64,000 bases of DNA from positions 13,007 to 77,006 of the forward strand of contig CAXBYW010000004.1 of the NCBI GenBank assembly GCA_963980225.1. The letters run 5' to 3'. The DNA comes from an uncultured bacterium. Its GTDB lineage: Bacteria; Patescibacteriota; Microgenomatia; UBA1400; MFAQ01. Positions 56,335 through 64,000 of the stretch are shown piece after piece. A model generated the notes under the pieces. It did no database searches and was not told the origin of the DNA. It worked only from the letters and a program-made list of their open reading frames with translations. The position numbers and the translations under genes are program-made. Within the stretch, counting starts at the first letter, position 1, and the number at the start of each line of letters is the position of its first letter.

Positions 56335-56895
56335 TTGGAGGTTTTTGTGAGAAAAAAAAGCGTTTTGTTTTCCTTTAAAATAAGCGAGTCTTATATGAAA
56401 GATTTAATTAAGCGTTTCGGGATAGGGTACGAATCATTACCGAACGGAGAAATAGGTAAATTATCACAAGGTGAGGTGTTTTGGCCACAATCTGAGCTAA
56501 AAACATCTTTAGGGGATATTTATGACAACTTACTACTTGTTGGCTTGAATGTGACTTCTGTGAAAATTACGAAATTAGTGAAGCAGAAGGGTGTTTCTTT
56601 CAAGGTGGCGGTTGTTCTGTCAAATACAGTAAGTTCTCAGCACCGAAAGGTGACAGATGTTGAATGGGAGCTGTTGTCAGAATTATTTAAAGACAATTTG
56701 TGGTATGCAATAGGATATCTTAACGAAGATACCAACCCATTATATGGCGAATCCAGACAACTGGTCTCCTTTAGTATGGTTGGAAGGAGACCTAAAGCTG
56801 AACATAAAGAGAGACAGAGAGTTGTTACCCTTGAAGGTACGGGGGATCCGGAATTGGTTTTTTCGGAATTCATCAAGTTATATCCAGGTGGATAG
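56335..56895 (+). CDS. hypothetical protein
   Basis: 186-aa ORF downstream of the ATPase. Upstream GGAGG is followed by GTG at about 56347, which may be the real start. No motif. Confidence 0.4.
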   Translation: MEVFVRKKSVLFSFKISESYMKDLIKRFGIGYESLPNGEIGKLSQGEVFWPQSELKTSLGDIYDNLLLVGLNVTSVKITKLVKQKGVSFKVAVVLSNTVSSQHRKVTDVEWELLSELFKDNLWYAIGYLNEDTNPLYGESRQLVSFSMVGRRPKAEHKERQRVVTLEGTGDPELVFSEFIKLYPGG

Positions 56896-57002
56896 TGGAT
56901 AGAAATAGTTTTAAACTTAAGACTCTGGCATTATGCTAGAGTCTTTTTTGTACAAATAGACAGGCATGAGATGTAGGAGTAAGTTATAATACTGTGGTAC
57001 AT

Positions 57003-57079
57003 GGGCCGGTAGCTCAGTTGGTCAGAGCGCGAAGCTTATACCTTCGTGGTCGCTGGTTCGAGTCCAGCTCGGCCCACCA
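57003..57079 (+). tRNA. tRNA-Ile(UAU)
   Basis: GGGCCGG-TA-GCTC..GAGC-G-CGAAG-CTTATAC-CTTCG-TGGTC-GCTGGTTCGAGTCCAGC-TCGGCCC-A-CCA. Anticodon loop CUUAUAC gives anticodon UAU. Confidence 0.8.
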
Positions 57080-57477
57080 TGAAATTAGATACAGAGAAAT
57101 TAGGTGTATTAGTAGATGAAATATTGAAGTTTAATGACCATCGTGGGTGGAGTCCTGTGGCAGAAGATTTAGCTAAGTCTGTAGTGTTAGAAAGTAGTGA
57201 ATTAATGGAACACTTTCAGTGGGATGCAAGTAGTGTTACCAGAGACTCTAAACTTCCAGAGAAAGATTTGGAAGAAATAGGGTTTGAAGTTGCAGATGTA
57301 TTTTGGTATTTAGTTCTTTTTTGTGAAGAAATGGATATAGATTTAGTTGAGGCTTTGGAAGAAAAACTAAAACACAATGACAAAAAATTTCCAGCAGAAC
57401 AATTTGGTGGTGAACATGATGAAAAATTTTATAGAGAACAAAAGAAAGCATATCGGGAAAAGAAGGGAGTCAAATAA
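57079..57477 (+). CDS. MazG-like nucleotide pyrophosphohydrolase
   Basis: 133 aa from the ATG overlapping the tRNA 3' end. MazG_2-type EExGE..E..AD pattern (LEEIGFEVADVFWYLVLFCEEM). Confidence 0.55.
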   Translation: MKLDTEKLGVLVDEILKFNDHRGWSPVAEDLAKSVVLESSELMEHFQWDASSVTRDSKLPEKDLEEIGFEVADVFWYLVLFCEEMDIDLVEALEEKLKHNDKKFPAEQFGGEHDEKFYREQKKAYREKKGVK

Positions 57478-57845
57478 TGAAAAAAATAAAGGACAGAGAA
57501 GAAAAAAAGGGGAGAGATAGACTTCTTTTGAAGTTTGATTCTCCGTTAATGGATGAGATGGGTGTGGAAGAAGATGTTGAGTCTAAAGATATTGTTATTT
57601 CTGGAAATTTAGGTATAGGAAATAAAGGTAATCCAGTGACTATTGTTGTAGAGGATGAGGTAACAGGGGAGAGTTTGGAGATGAGTCATGTAGAGTCTGC
57701 CTTTGTAGTGGTGGAGGATAAGAGGAAAAGTTCTTCTGGCTGGTTGGCAATAGCTGTCGGAGAGGTTAAGAAGTTAAACCAGGTACTAGGATTTTTAGCA
57801 GGGACGACCTTAGATGGATTAAAGAAAATGATTAGAAAGAATTAG
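57477..57845 (+). CDS. hypothetical protein
   Basis: 122-aa acidic ORF, start overlapping the upstream stop. Confidence 0.35.
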   Translation: MKKIKDREEKKGRDRLLLKFDSPLMDEMGVEEDVESKDIVISGNLGIGNKGNPVTIVVEDEVTGESLEMSHVESAFVVVEDKRKSSSGWLAIAVGEVKKLNQVLGFLAGTTLDGLKKMIRKN

Positions 57846-57848
57846 TTT

Positions 57849-58724
57849 TTAAAGCTCAGAAAGCTTAGGTTTCTCTTTTGACGGTTTGTTGGGAATGAAT
57901 TCTAGGTATTTTTCTGTAGTAGAAAGGCGTTTGTGACCAACAAGTTTAGAGATGTATACGAGTGGACTGCCAGATGACAACTGGTGAGCGATGAAGGTGT
58001 GGCGTAAGTCATTTACCTTTACATTGTCTATACCAGCTAGTTTGAAGTATCTGTCTAGGCTTGAACGGATATTTCTGATTAGGAAAGACTTGCCTGTTTT
58101 AGTAATAAAGATGTTTTGGGTCTCTGATTTTGGACGATCTTTTAGGTATTTCTCTAAGGCTTCTTTTGAAACTTGATTAAAAGGGATAGATCGTTCTGGA
58201 TGAGAATCATGAGCTATGATGGTGGCCTTATTTTCGTTTAGGTCTATATCGTTTATTCTTAGGTTAGCTAGTTCTGAGATTCTGATACCAGTTTGAAGAA
58301 GAATTTCTACGATAGCGAAAATTCGAGAATCATCTTTACAAGCATCCCTTAAGGCCCTGTATTCTAGTTTAGAGAGGATTCTTGGAGGCTTGACCTCATA
58401 TTTGGGGTGGGTGACTGCTTGAGCAGGGTTAGCTTTAATGGTTCCTTGTGACTGAAGGAAACTAAAAAATGACTTAATGGAGTTTATTTTTCTAGAAATT
58501 GATTTGGCTGTATAGTCTTTCTTGTCTAAGTGGTCCTTAAATGCATCAATATCTTCTGCCTTGACTTCATTAGTTGAAGTCTTGCTTAAGCTTTCTTTTA
58601 GAAAATTGCTTAACTGTTCTATGTCTTTGGTATAAGCTAAAATAGTAGCATTAGCCCTCCCAAGCGTGGCAAGGTGGGTTTTAAAATTACTGATTGATGT
58701 TGCAAAATTGTTGCTTGACTCCAT
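57849..58724 (-). CDS. tyrosine site-specific recombinase (XerC/XerD / phage-integrase family)
   Basis: N-terminal core-binding domain. Catalytic R..HxxR..Y region (LRHTFIAHQLSSGSPLVYISKLVGHKRLSTTEKYL). Confidence 0.8.
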   Translation of the reverse strand: MESSNNFATSISNFKTHLATLGRANATILAYTKDIEQLSNFLKESLSKTSTNEVKAEDIDAFKDHLDKKDYTAKSISRKINSIKSFFSFLQSQGTIKANPAQAVTHPKYEVKPPRILSKLEYRALRDACKDDSRIFAIVEILLQTGIRISELANLRINDIDLNENKATIIAHDSHPERSIPFNQVSKEALEKYLKDRPKSETQNIFITKTGKSFLIRNIRSSLDRYFKLAGIDNVKVNDLRHTFIAHQLSSGSPLVYISKLVGHKRLSTTEKYLEFIPNKPSKEKPKLSEL

Positions 58725-58791
58725 AATTAATTACTTCTACGTATTTATTAATGATAAAAGATTACTACAGGCTATATTTTACTAGGCTTTA

Positions 58792-59166
58792 TTGTATATG
58801 TCAAGGTTGAAAAAAAGCGGTTTTTTAGATAAATTGATGTTTCTAGTAGGCTTGTTATTGTTATGGTCTTTGGTGCGTGGTTTTTCAGAGTTTAAGGGAG
58901 CTTATAGGCGAGTTGAAGAGGCCAAAGAAGTGCTTGATTTTGAGGACATCAAAAATCAGCAGTTAAAAGAAAAGTTGGAAGAAGTGCAAAAAGATGATTA
59001 TATTGAGAAAGTGGTTAGAAATGAGTTAAATATGCAAAAAGAAGGAGAAGTTGTGGTGGTTTTATCAGATGATCCGACTAAAGTTGACGTATTTGGGCAA
59101 GAAAATAAGCTAGAAATAGAAGAAAATAAGCAAAATTGGAAGAAATGGCTTGATTTGATTCGTTAA
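58792..59166 (+). CDS. FtsB/DivIC-like septum formation initiator
   Basis: N-terminal TM, coiled coil, and conserved C-terminal IEKVVRNELNMQKEGEVVV. Confidence 0.6.
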   Translation: MYMSRLKKSGFLDKLMFLVGLLLLWSLVRGFSEFKGAYRRVEEAKEVLDFEDIKNQQLKEKLEEVQKDDYIEKVVRNELNMQKEGEVVVVLSDDPTKVDVFGQENKLEIEENKQNWKKWLDLIR

Positions 59167-59323
59167 TTTGGTTGCGGGCCCGGGGTTACGCTCCCCAGTT
59201 AAGTGAGATTATGAGCCTCACGAGATACTTACCTCCCGCCCGCACGTTAGGTAGGGGAATTATATCATTTTATGTGGCTAGTTGGCAGGAATGGCTGTGG
59301 CTAGTGTAGAATAGTGGGTACCT

Positions 59324-59398
59324 GGCAGGGTAGCTCAGCTGGTTAGTAGCGCCGTCTTCATAAGGCGGAGGTCGAGGGTTCGAGTCCCTCCCCTGCTA
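59324..59398 (+). tRNA. tRNA-Met(CAU) (elongator type; could alternatively be lysidine-modified Ile2)
   Basis: GGCAGGG../..CCCTGCT-A. Anticodon stem CCGTC/GGCGG with loop TTCATAA (CAT). No initiator features (1-72 paired, no 3 G-C in the anticodon stem). Confidence 0.75.
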
Positions 59399-59429
59399 CA
59401 CTAGGTGTTGATTATTAATATAAGAAATT

Positions 59430-60446
59430 ATGATAAATAGAGTTTTGTCTGGTATTACTCCAAGCGGATCTAAGTTACATATAGGTAATTTTTTTGGTGC
59501 GGTCAAGCCACAAATAGAGTTGCAAGAGAAAATTGGTGAAACATTTTATTTTATGGCTGACCTTCATGCCCTAACTACTGTTCAAAGTAAGAAAGTGTTA
59601 GAGGAAAATATTGAGGCGGTGATTTTGGATTATTTGGCCTTAGGCCTTAATCCTGAAAAGAGCGTGTTTTTTAGGCAATCAGATATTGCGGCCCATTCTC
59701 AGTTGGCGGTGGTTTTGGCTAATTATGTATCTTTCGGTCAGATGAAACGTATGCATGCGTTTAAGGACAAGTTGCAAAAAGGAGTGAGTCAAGAGTCGGT
59801 AAATATGGGTTTATTTAACTATCCTATTTTAATGGCGGCTGATATTCTTCTATATAAACCTGATGGAGTGCCCGTGGGTGAGGATCAGAGACAGCATATT
59901 GAGATAACTAGAGATATGGCTGACAAATTTAACAAGGTTTATGAGAAGGAGGTATTTCCTTTACCAGAACCTTTAATATCTAAAAGTGTAGGAAGAATAA
60001 TGGGAACAGACGGAGAACGGAAAATGAGTAAGAGTTTGGGTAATGTAATTGGTATTTTTGAAGAAGATGAGATTATTAAAAAACAGATAATGAGTTGTTT
60101 TACGGATCCTAACAGGAAGAAAGCGACGGATCCTGGAAAAGTAGAAGGTAATCCAGTATTTATTTTTCACGATTTACTTAATGATGATAAAAAAGAAGTG
60201 GAAGACTTGAAGGATAGATATAAGAAGGGTAAGGTGGGGGATGTAGAGGTAAAGGAAAGGTTGTTTGAGGCACATAAGCGCACGTTTGAGACGGCAAAAA
60301 AGAAAAGGAAAGAACTGGAAGGCGATTTAGAATTGGTGAAAGGTATTTTAAGTAAGGGAGCAAAAAAAGCAAAATTGGTGGCGGATAAAACAATGGAAGA
60401 GGTTTATGAGCTGATTGGGATTAAGAACAAGTTGAGTGGGGTATAA
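59430..60446 (+). CDS. trpS: tryptophanyl-tRNA synthetase
   Basis: Class I HIGH variant (SGITPSGSKLHIGNFFGA) and KMSKS. About 338 aa, typical of TrpS. Confidence 0.85.
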   Translation: MINRVLSGITPSGSKLHIGNFFGAVKPQIELQEKIGETFYFMADLHALTTVQSKKVLEENIEAVILDYLALGLNPEKSVFFRQSDIAAHSQLAVVLANYVSFGQMKRMHAFKDKLQKGVSQESVNMGLFNYPILMAADILLYKPDGVPVGEDQRQHIEITRDMADKFNKVYEKEVFPLPEPLISKSVGRIMGTDGERKMSKSLGNVIGIFEEDEIIKKQIMSCFTDPNRKKATDPGKVEGNPVFIFHDLLNDDKKEVEDLKDRYKKGKVGDVEVKERLFEAHKRTFETAKKKRKELEGDLELVKGILSKGAKKAKLVADKTMEEVYELIGIKNKLSGV

Positions 60447-62345
60447 TTGGAGCTCATGGCCACAAAGAAAAAACAAGTAAAAAGATTTGAGATAAAGCTT
60501 AATCCTAAGCGTTTATTAATATGGTTTTTAATTATCTTTTTGTTTTTACCTTCCCTTTTAGGTTTTTTGGGTGAAGAGACTGGGGTAATAGAGAATATTG
60601 CCTTATCAGAAGCAGTTAAGGAGATAAAAGATGAAAAGGTTGAGAAGGTAGAGATTAGAGGTGATGAGCTGGTTCTTTTTTATCCGGAAGTAGATGGTGT
60701 TCCTCATTTAAAATTGGCTAGAAAAGAAGAGGGTTCTGGTTTTGTTGAGATCTTACAGGGAGCTGGAATTGATGAAAATAACGTAAAGGTAGAAGTAGCA
60801 TCACAAACCTTATCCAAAGCTTTTTGGGGGATGGTGTCTTTGGTGGCACCAATATTAGGATTTGGCGTGCTACTTTATTTTATGTCCAAGAGGCAGATGG
60901 GTGGCAGTGGTGCTGGGGGGATGTTTGGTATGGGGAAGAGTGGGGCTAAGTTGTTTGTTAAGGGTAAGCAGTCTGAGAGGTTTAGTAATGTGGCTGGAGT
61001 TGATGAAGCTAAAAAAGAGTTAGAAGAAGTTGTGGATTTTTTGAAGAACCCTAAAAAATATAAAGCAGTCGGAGCTAGAACTCCTAAGGGAGTTTTGTTA
61101 ATTGGCCCAAGTGGTGTCGGAAAAACATTGTTGGCGCGTGCAGTAGCAGGAGAAGCGGGAGTACCATTTCTTTCTATGGCAGGGTCAGAGTTTATGGAAA
61201 TGTTGGTAGGTGTTGGTGCAAGCAGGGTCAGAGACCTCTTTGCTACAGCTAAAAAAATGGCTCCGGCAATTATTTTTATAGACGAGATTGATGCTATTGG
61301 TAGAGCTAGGGGTGTGGGAACTATGGGAGGACATGATGAAAGAGAGCAAACATTGAACCAAATATTAGTAGAGATGGATGGTTTTACGGCTAATGATAAC
61401 GTGATTGTAATTGCAGCTACTAACAGGCCAGATGTTTTGGACTCTGCCTTGGTTAGGCCAGGAAGGTTTGATAGAAGAGTAAGTTTAGATTTACCCGACA
61501 TTGCTGATAGAAAAGAGATAATAAAAATTCATGCTAGAGGCAAGCCGTTTATAAAGAGGTTGAAGTGGTCGATGGTGGCAGAAATGACTGTTGGCTTTTC
61601 TGGGGCCGATTTGGAAAACATGCTTAATGAGGCAGCTATTTTGGCAGCTAGAGAAGATAGAAAAGAAATTCTTATGAAGGATATTCGAGAAGCGGCAACT
61701 AAGGTGAAGCTTGGTCCAGAGAAGAAACGTCTGCAAAGTAAAAGAGAAAGAGAGATGACAGCTTATCATGAAGCTGGACATGCAGTTGTAGGCCACATGT
61801 TACCAGGAGCAGACCCCATCCACACTGTGAGTATTGTCTCTAGAGAGTTGTCTTTGGGACATACTGAAAGTAGACCAAGTAGGGATAGATATCAGTACAC
61901 GATGTCGGAGTTAAAGGATAGGATGGCGGTAATGATGGGAGGAAGAGCGGCTGAAAAAATTATTTACAATGAGTTGTCTGGTGGTGCAGCTAGTGATATT
62001 GATGGAGCTACAAAACTAGCCAGAAAAATGGTGGTAGATTTAGGAATGAGTAAGTTGGGGCCATTAGCTTTGGGAGCTAGCTGGGAGTCAGCAGGTGCCA
62101 TGGGAAGAGGCTTCATGAGGCAGGTGGAGGTGTCTGACAGAATGCAATCTAAGGTGGATGATGAGATAAAACTTTTTATAGATGAGGCTTATGGGCGAGC
62201 AGAAGAGGTATTGAAGAAAAACAGAGCGGTAATGAAAAAATTAGTTAATAAGTTGTTAAAAGTAGAGACGATTGAAGTGGATGGGTTTTTGAAAATAATG
62301 GGTACTAAAAAAACAACTTATGATAAAAAAATTAGTATTAGTTGA
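60447..62345 (+). CDS. ftsH: ATP-dependent zinc metalloprotease FtsH
   Basis: N-terminal TM, AAA Walker A GPSGVGKT, SRH, zinc site HEAGHAVV. Confidence 0.9.
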   Translation: MELMATKKKQVKRFEIKLNPKRLLIWFLIIFLFLPSLLGFLGEETGVIENIALSEAVKEIKDEKVEKVEIRGDELVLFYPEVDGVPHLKLARKEEGSGFVEILQGAGIDENNVKVEVASQTLSKAFWGMVSLVAPILGFGVLLYFMSKRQMGGSGAGGMFGMGKSGAKLFVKGKQSERFSNVAGVDEAKKELEEVVDFLKNPKKYKAVGARTPKGVLLIGPSGVGKTLLARAVAGEAGVPFLSMAGSEFMEMLVGVGASRVRDLFATAKKMAPAIIFIDEIDAIGRARGVGTMGGHDEREQTLNQILVEMDGFTANDNVIVIAATNRPDVLDSALVRPGRFDRRVSLDLPDIADRKEIIKIHARGKPFIKRLKWSMVAEMTVGFSGADLENMLNEAAILAAREDRKEILMKDIREAATKVKLGPEKKRLQSKREREMTAYHEAGHAVVGHMLPGADPIHTVSIVSRELSLGHTESRPSRDRYQYTMSELKDRMAVMMGGRAAEKIIYNELSGGAASDIDGATKLARKMVVDLGMSKLGPLALGASWESAGAMGRGFMRQVEVSDRMQSKVDDEIKLFIDEAYGRAEEVLKKNRAVMKKLVNKLLKVETIEVDGFLKIMGTKKTTYDKKISIS

Positions 62346-63246
62346 CGGCAACTCTTTGATCCATAGGGCCTATCATGGGTATCCTGGCTTGAGAACAGGT
62401 GATGGGGAACTGGTGAATGCGGTGTTTGGTTTCTCGTCGATGCTTTTAAAAGTTTTGGAACAACTTCAACCAACTCATGTGGCGATTGCTTGGGATGTTA
62501 AAGGTAAGACCTTCAGACATAAAATGGATAAAGAGTATAAGGCGGGAAGAGCTAAGACAGATCAAGAACTGATTGATCAAATAGATAGAACTAAAGAGGT
62601 GGTAATGAGTTTGAACATTCCACAGTTTGGTGTAACTGGATATGAAGCAGATGATATTATTGGAACTCTGGCACAACAAGCTTTTGAGACAAAAAATATG
62701 GGAGAAAAAGAGGTAATAATCGTGACGGGGGACAGAGATGCCTTACAGTTGGTAAGGGGTAAAAAAATAAAGGTGTATATGCCCACAAGAAGTAAAAAAC
62801 AAGGAAATGGTTCTCAGATGTTTGATGAAGAAGCAGTTAAGATTAAGTATGGACTTTCTCCAAAACAGTTAATTGATTTAAAAGGCTTGATGGGAGACAG
62901 TTCAGATAATATTAAAGGGGTAATGGGGATTGGACAAGTGACAGGAACAAAATTACTTGAAGAAGCTGGTGATTTAGATGGGGTGTATAAAAATCTTGAT
63001 AAACTAAATGTAAGTGACAGAGTTAAAAGTTTACTTAGAAAAGAAAAAGAAACTGCCTTTGTTAGTAAGGCCTTGGGGACGATAGAGTGTGAGATGCCAA
63101 TTGATTTAGAGTGGGATAGATGTGAGTTGAATGATTATGATAGAAGTAAGGTGGAGAAATTATTTAAAGAACTAGGGTTTAAGAGCTTGCTTGCTAGATT
63201 ACCACAAGATAAATGGGAAAAAGAAGCAGAAGGAGTGTTTGTATGA
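62320..63246 (+). CDS. 5'-3' exonuclease (Pol I N-terminal / FEN-like domain protein)
   Basis: LVLVDGNSLIHRAYHG N-terminus and FEN-family acidic clusters (GYEADDIIGTLA, VTGDRDALQLV). Confidence 0.8.
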   Translation: MIKKLVLVDGNSLIHRAYHGYPGLRTGDGELVNAVFGFSSMLLKVLEQLQPTHVAIAWDVKGKTFRHKMDKEYKAGRAKTDQELIDQIDRTKEVVMSLNIPQFGVTGYEADDIIGTLAQQAFETKNMGEKEVIIVTGDRDALQLVRGKKIKVYMPTRSKKQGNGSQMFDEEAVKIKYGLSPKQLIDLKGLMGDSSDNIKGVMGIGQVTGTKLLEEAGDLDGVYKNLDKLNVSDRVKSLLRKEKETAFVSKALGTIECEMPIDLEWDRCELNDYDRSKVEKLFKELGFKSLLARLPQDKWEKEAEGVFV

Positions 63247-64000
63247 AGATCGCTTTAGTACATGACTATATAAAGGAGTTTGGAGGAGCAGAGAGGGTAT
63301 TGCGGACACTTTCGGATATGTATCCTAAGGCTCCAATTTACACAGCTTTTAGGGTGAAAGGATCTGAAGGAGATAAGGCTTTTGAAAACAGAGAAGTAAG
63401 AGAGAGTTTTTTGGCTCCTTTATTGAAGGTCTGGAAGCTTTATAGCCCCTTAAGGTTTTTAGCACCCTTGGTTTGGAGGAGTATGGACCTATCTGAATTT
63501 GATTTAGTAATTACTAGCTCCAGTTGGTATATTACTCGTGGTTTTAGGGTGGGTAAGAATACTAAGGTTGTTTGTTACTGTCACACTCCACCTAAATATT
63601 TATATGGATATGAAACGAGTATTAATTTGCAAAAATACTGGCCGGTGAAGATTTATGCTTGGGTGGTGAATCATTTTTTGCGGCTTTATGACTTATGGTC
63701 TGTGGATACGGTTGATAAGTGGGTAGTTAACTCTTTAAATGTTCAAAATAGAGTGAAGAAGTTTTATAAAAAAGATTCAATGGTTATTTATCCACCAATA
63801 GAAGTGGGAAAATTTATTGATGCAAGCAAGGATGTGGGAAAAAAAGACTATTTCTTAATTGTTTCCCGATTGGTAGGAAGTAAGGGTTTGCAGGAAGCTG
63901 CAATGGCAGCAAAAAAGGAAGGTTTTAAGTTAAAAATATCTGGTAGCAAGGCGGGCCTATCTGGAGTAGCTGGAAATCTAGAGAAATTGGGTGGAGAGAT
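63243..64000 (+). CDS. GT4-family glycosyltransferase (N-terminal part; runs off the window end)
   Basis: MKIALVHDYIKEFGGAERVL N-terminus typical of GT4/GT1. ORF still open at position 64000. Confidence 0.7.
   Translation, partial: MKIALVHDYIKEFGGAERVLRTLSDMYPKAPIYTAFRVKGSEGDKAFENREVRESFLAPLLKVWKLYSPLRFLAPLVWRSMDLSEFDLVITSSSWYITRGFRVGKNTKVVCYCHTPPKYLYGYETSINLQKYWPVKIYAWVVNHFLRLYDLWSVDTVDKWVVNSLNVQNRVKKFYKKDSMVIYPPIEVGKFIDASKDVGKKDYFLIVSRLVGSKGLQEAAMAAKKEGFKLKISGSKAGLSGVAGNLEKLGGE

Noticed and set aside
59324-59398. tRNA(CAU) as initiator tRNA-fMet
   Set aside because: The 1-72 position is base-paired (G-U). The anticodon stem lacks the three consecutive G-C pairs characteristic of initiators. 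Called elongator Met, or possibly Ile2.
1-64000. Search for CRISPR arrays, IS elements and inverted-repeat-flanked transposons
   Set aside because: No regularly spaced direct repeats, no transposase-like ORFs and no long terminal inverted repeats were seen by eye. The only mobile-type genes are the LAGLIDADG ORF, the group I intron and the tyrosine recombinase.

Overview
This 64-kb window is dense, short-gapped chromosomal DNA from a small-genome, AT-rich bacterium. The gene content resembles Candidate Phyla Radiation / Patescibacteria: tandem TrbC/VirB2-like T4SS-pilin small proteins, a truncated SufD, a split transketolase, class II RNR with NrdR, a Nramp-like transporter and many small membrane ORFs.

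Gene order along the window:
- A tandem array of five pilin-like paralogs on the minus strand, interrupted by uppS.
- A SpoIID/LytB-like protein, a bPH_2 membrane protein and a large membrane-anchored hypothetical.
- smpB with its tmRNA (ssrA), followed by a tRNA cluster (four tRNA-Ser isoacceptors and tRNA-Arg) that contains a free-standing double-motif LAGLIDADG homing endonuclease gene.
- The dnaG-rpoD macromolecular-synthesis pair, a holin-like protein and mscL.
- A tRNA-Asn(GUU) interrupted in the anticodon loop by a 216-nt group I intron.
- Housekeeping and transport genes: methyltransferase, an RGG/zinc-ribbon protein with a DEAD-box helicase, an XRE regulator, lspA, ECF sigma with anti-sigma, zupT, ung, a Nramp-like transporter, an RRM protein, a beta-CASP RNase.
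- A suf operon (Rrf2-sufC-sufB-short sufD-sufS-sufU) followed by a ferredoxin-reductase-like gene and a thiol-disulfide / CcdA / SufT module.
- A pentose-phosphate / glycolysis cluster (rpiB, rpe, LOG, split tkt, fba, PfkB kinase, 2-hydroxyacid dehydrogenase).
- Two tandem class-A PBPs, a CPBP protease, an M20 peptidase and nrdR-nrdJ.
- A VirB4/VirD4-like T4SS ATPase flanked by hypotheticals.
- tRNA-Ile(UAU) followed by a MazG-like gene, a hypothetical and a tyrosine recombinase.
- ftsB-like, tRNA-Met, trpS, ftsH, a 5'-3' exonuclease and a partial GT4 glycosyltransferase.

No CRISPR array was seen. The most unusual items are the intron-containing tRNA-Asn, the LAGLIDADG gene inside the tRNA cluster, the pilin array, the T4SS-like ATPase island, and tRNA-Ile(UAU) next to a recombinase.
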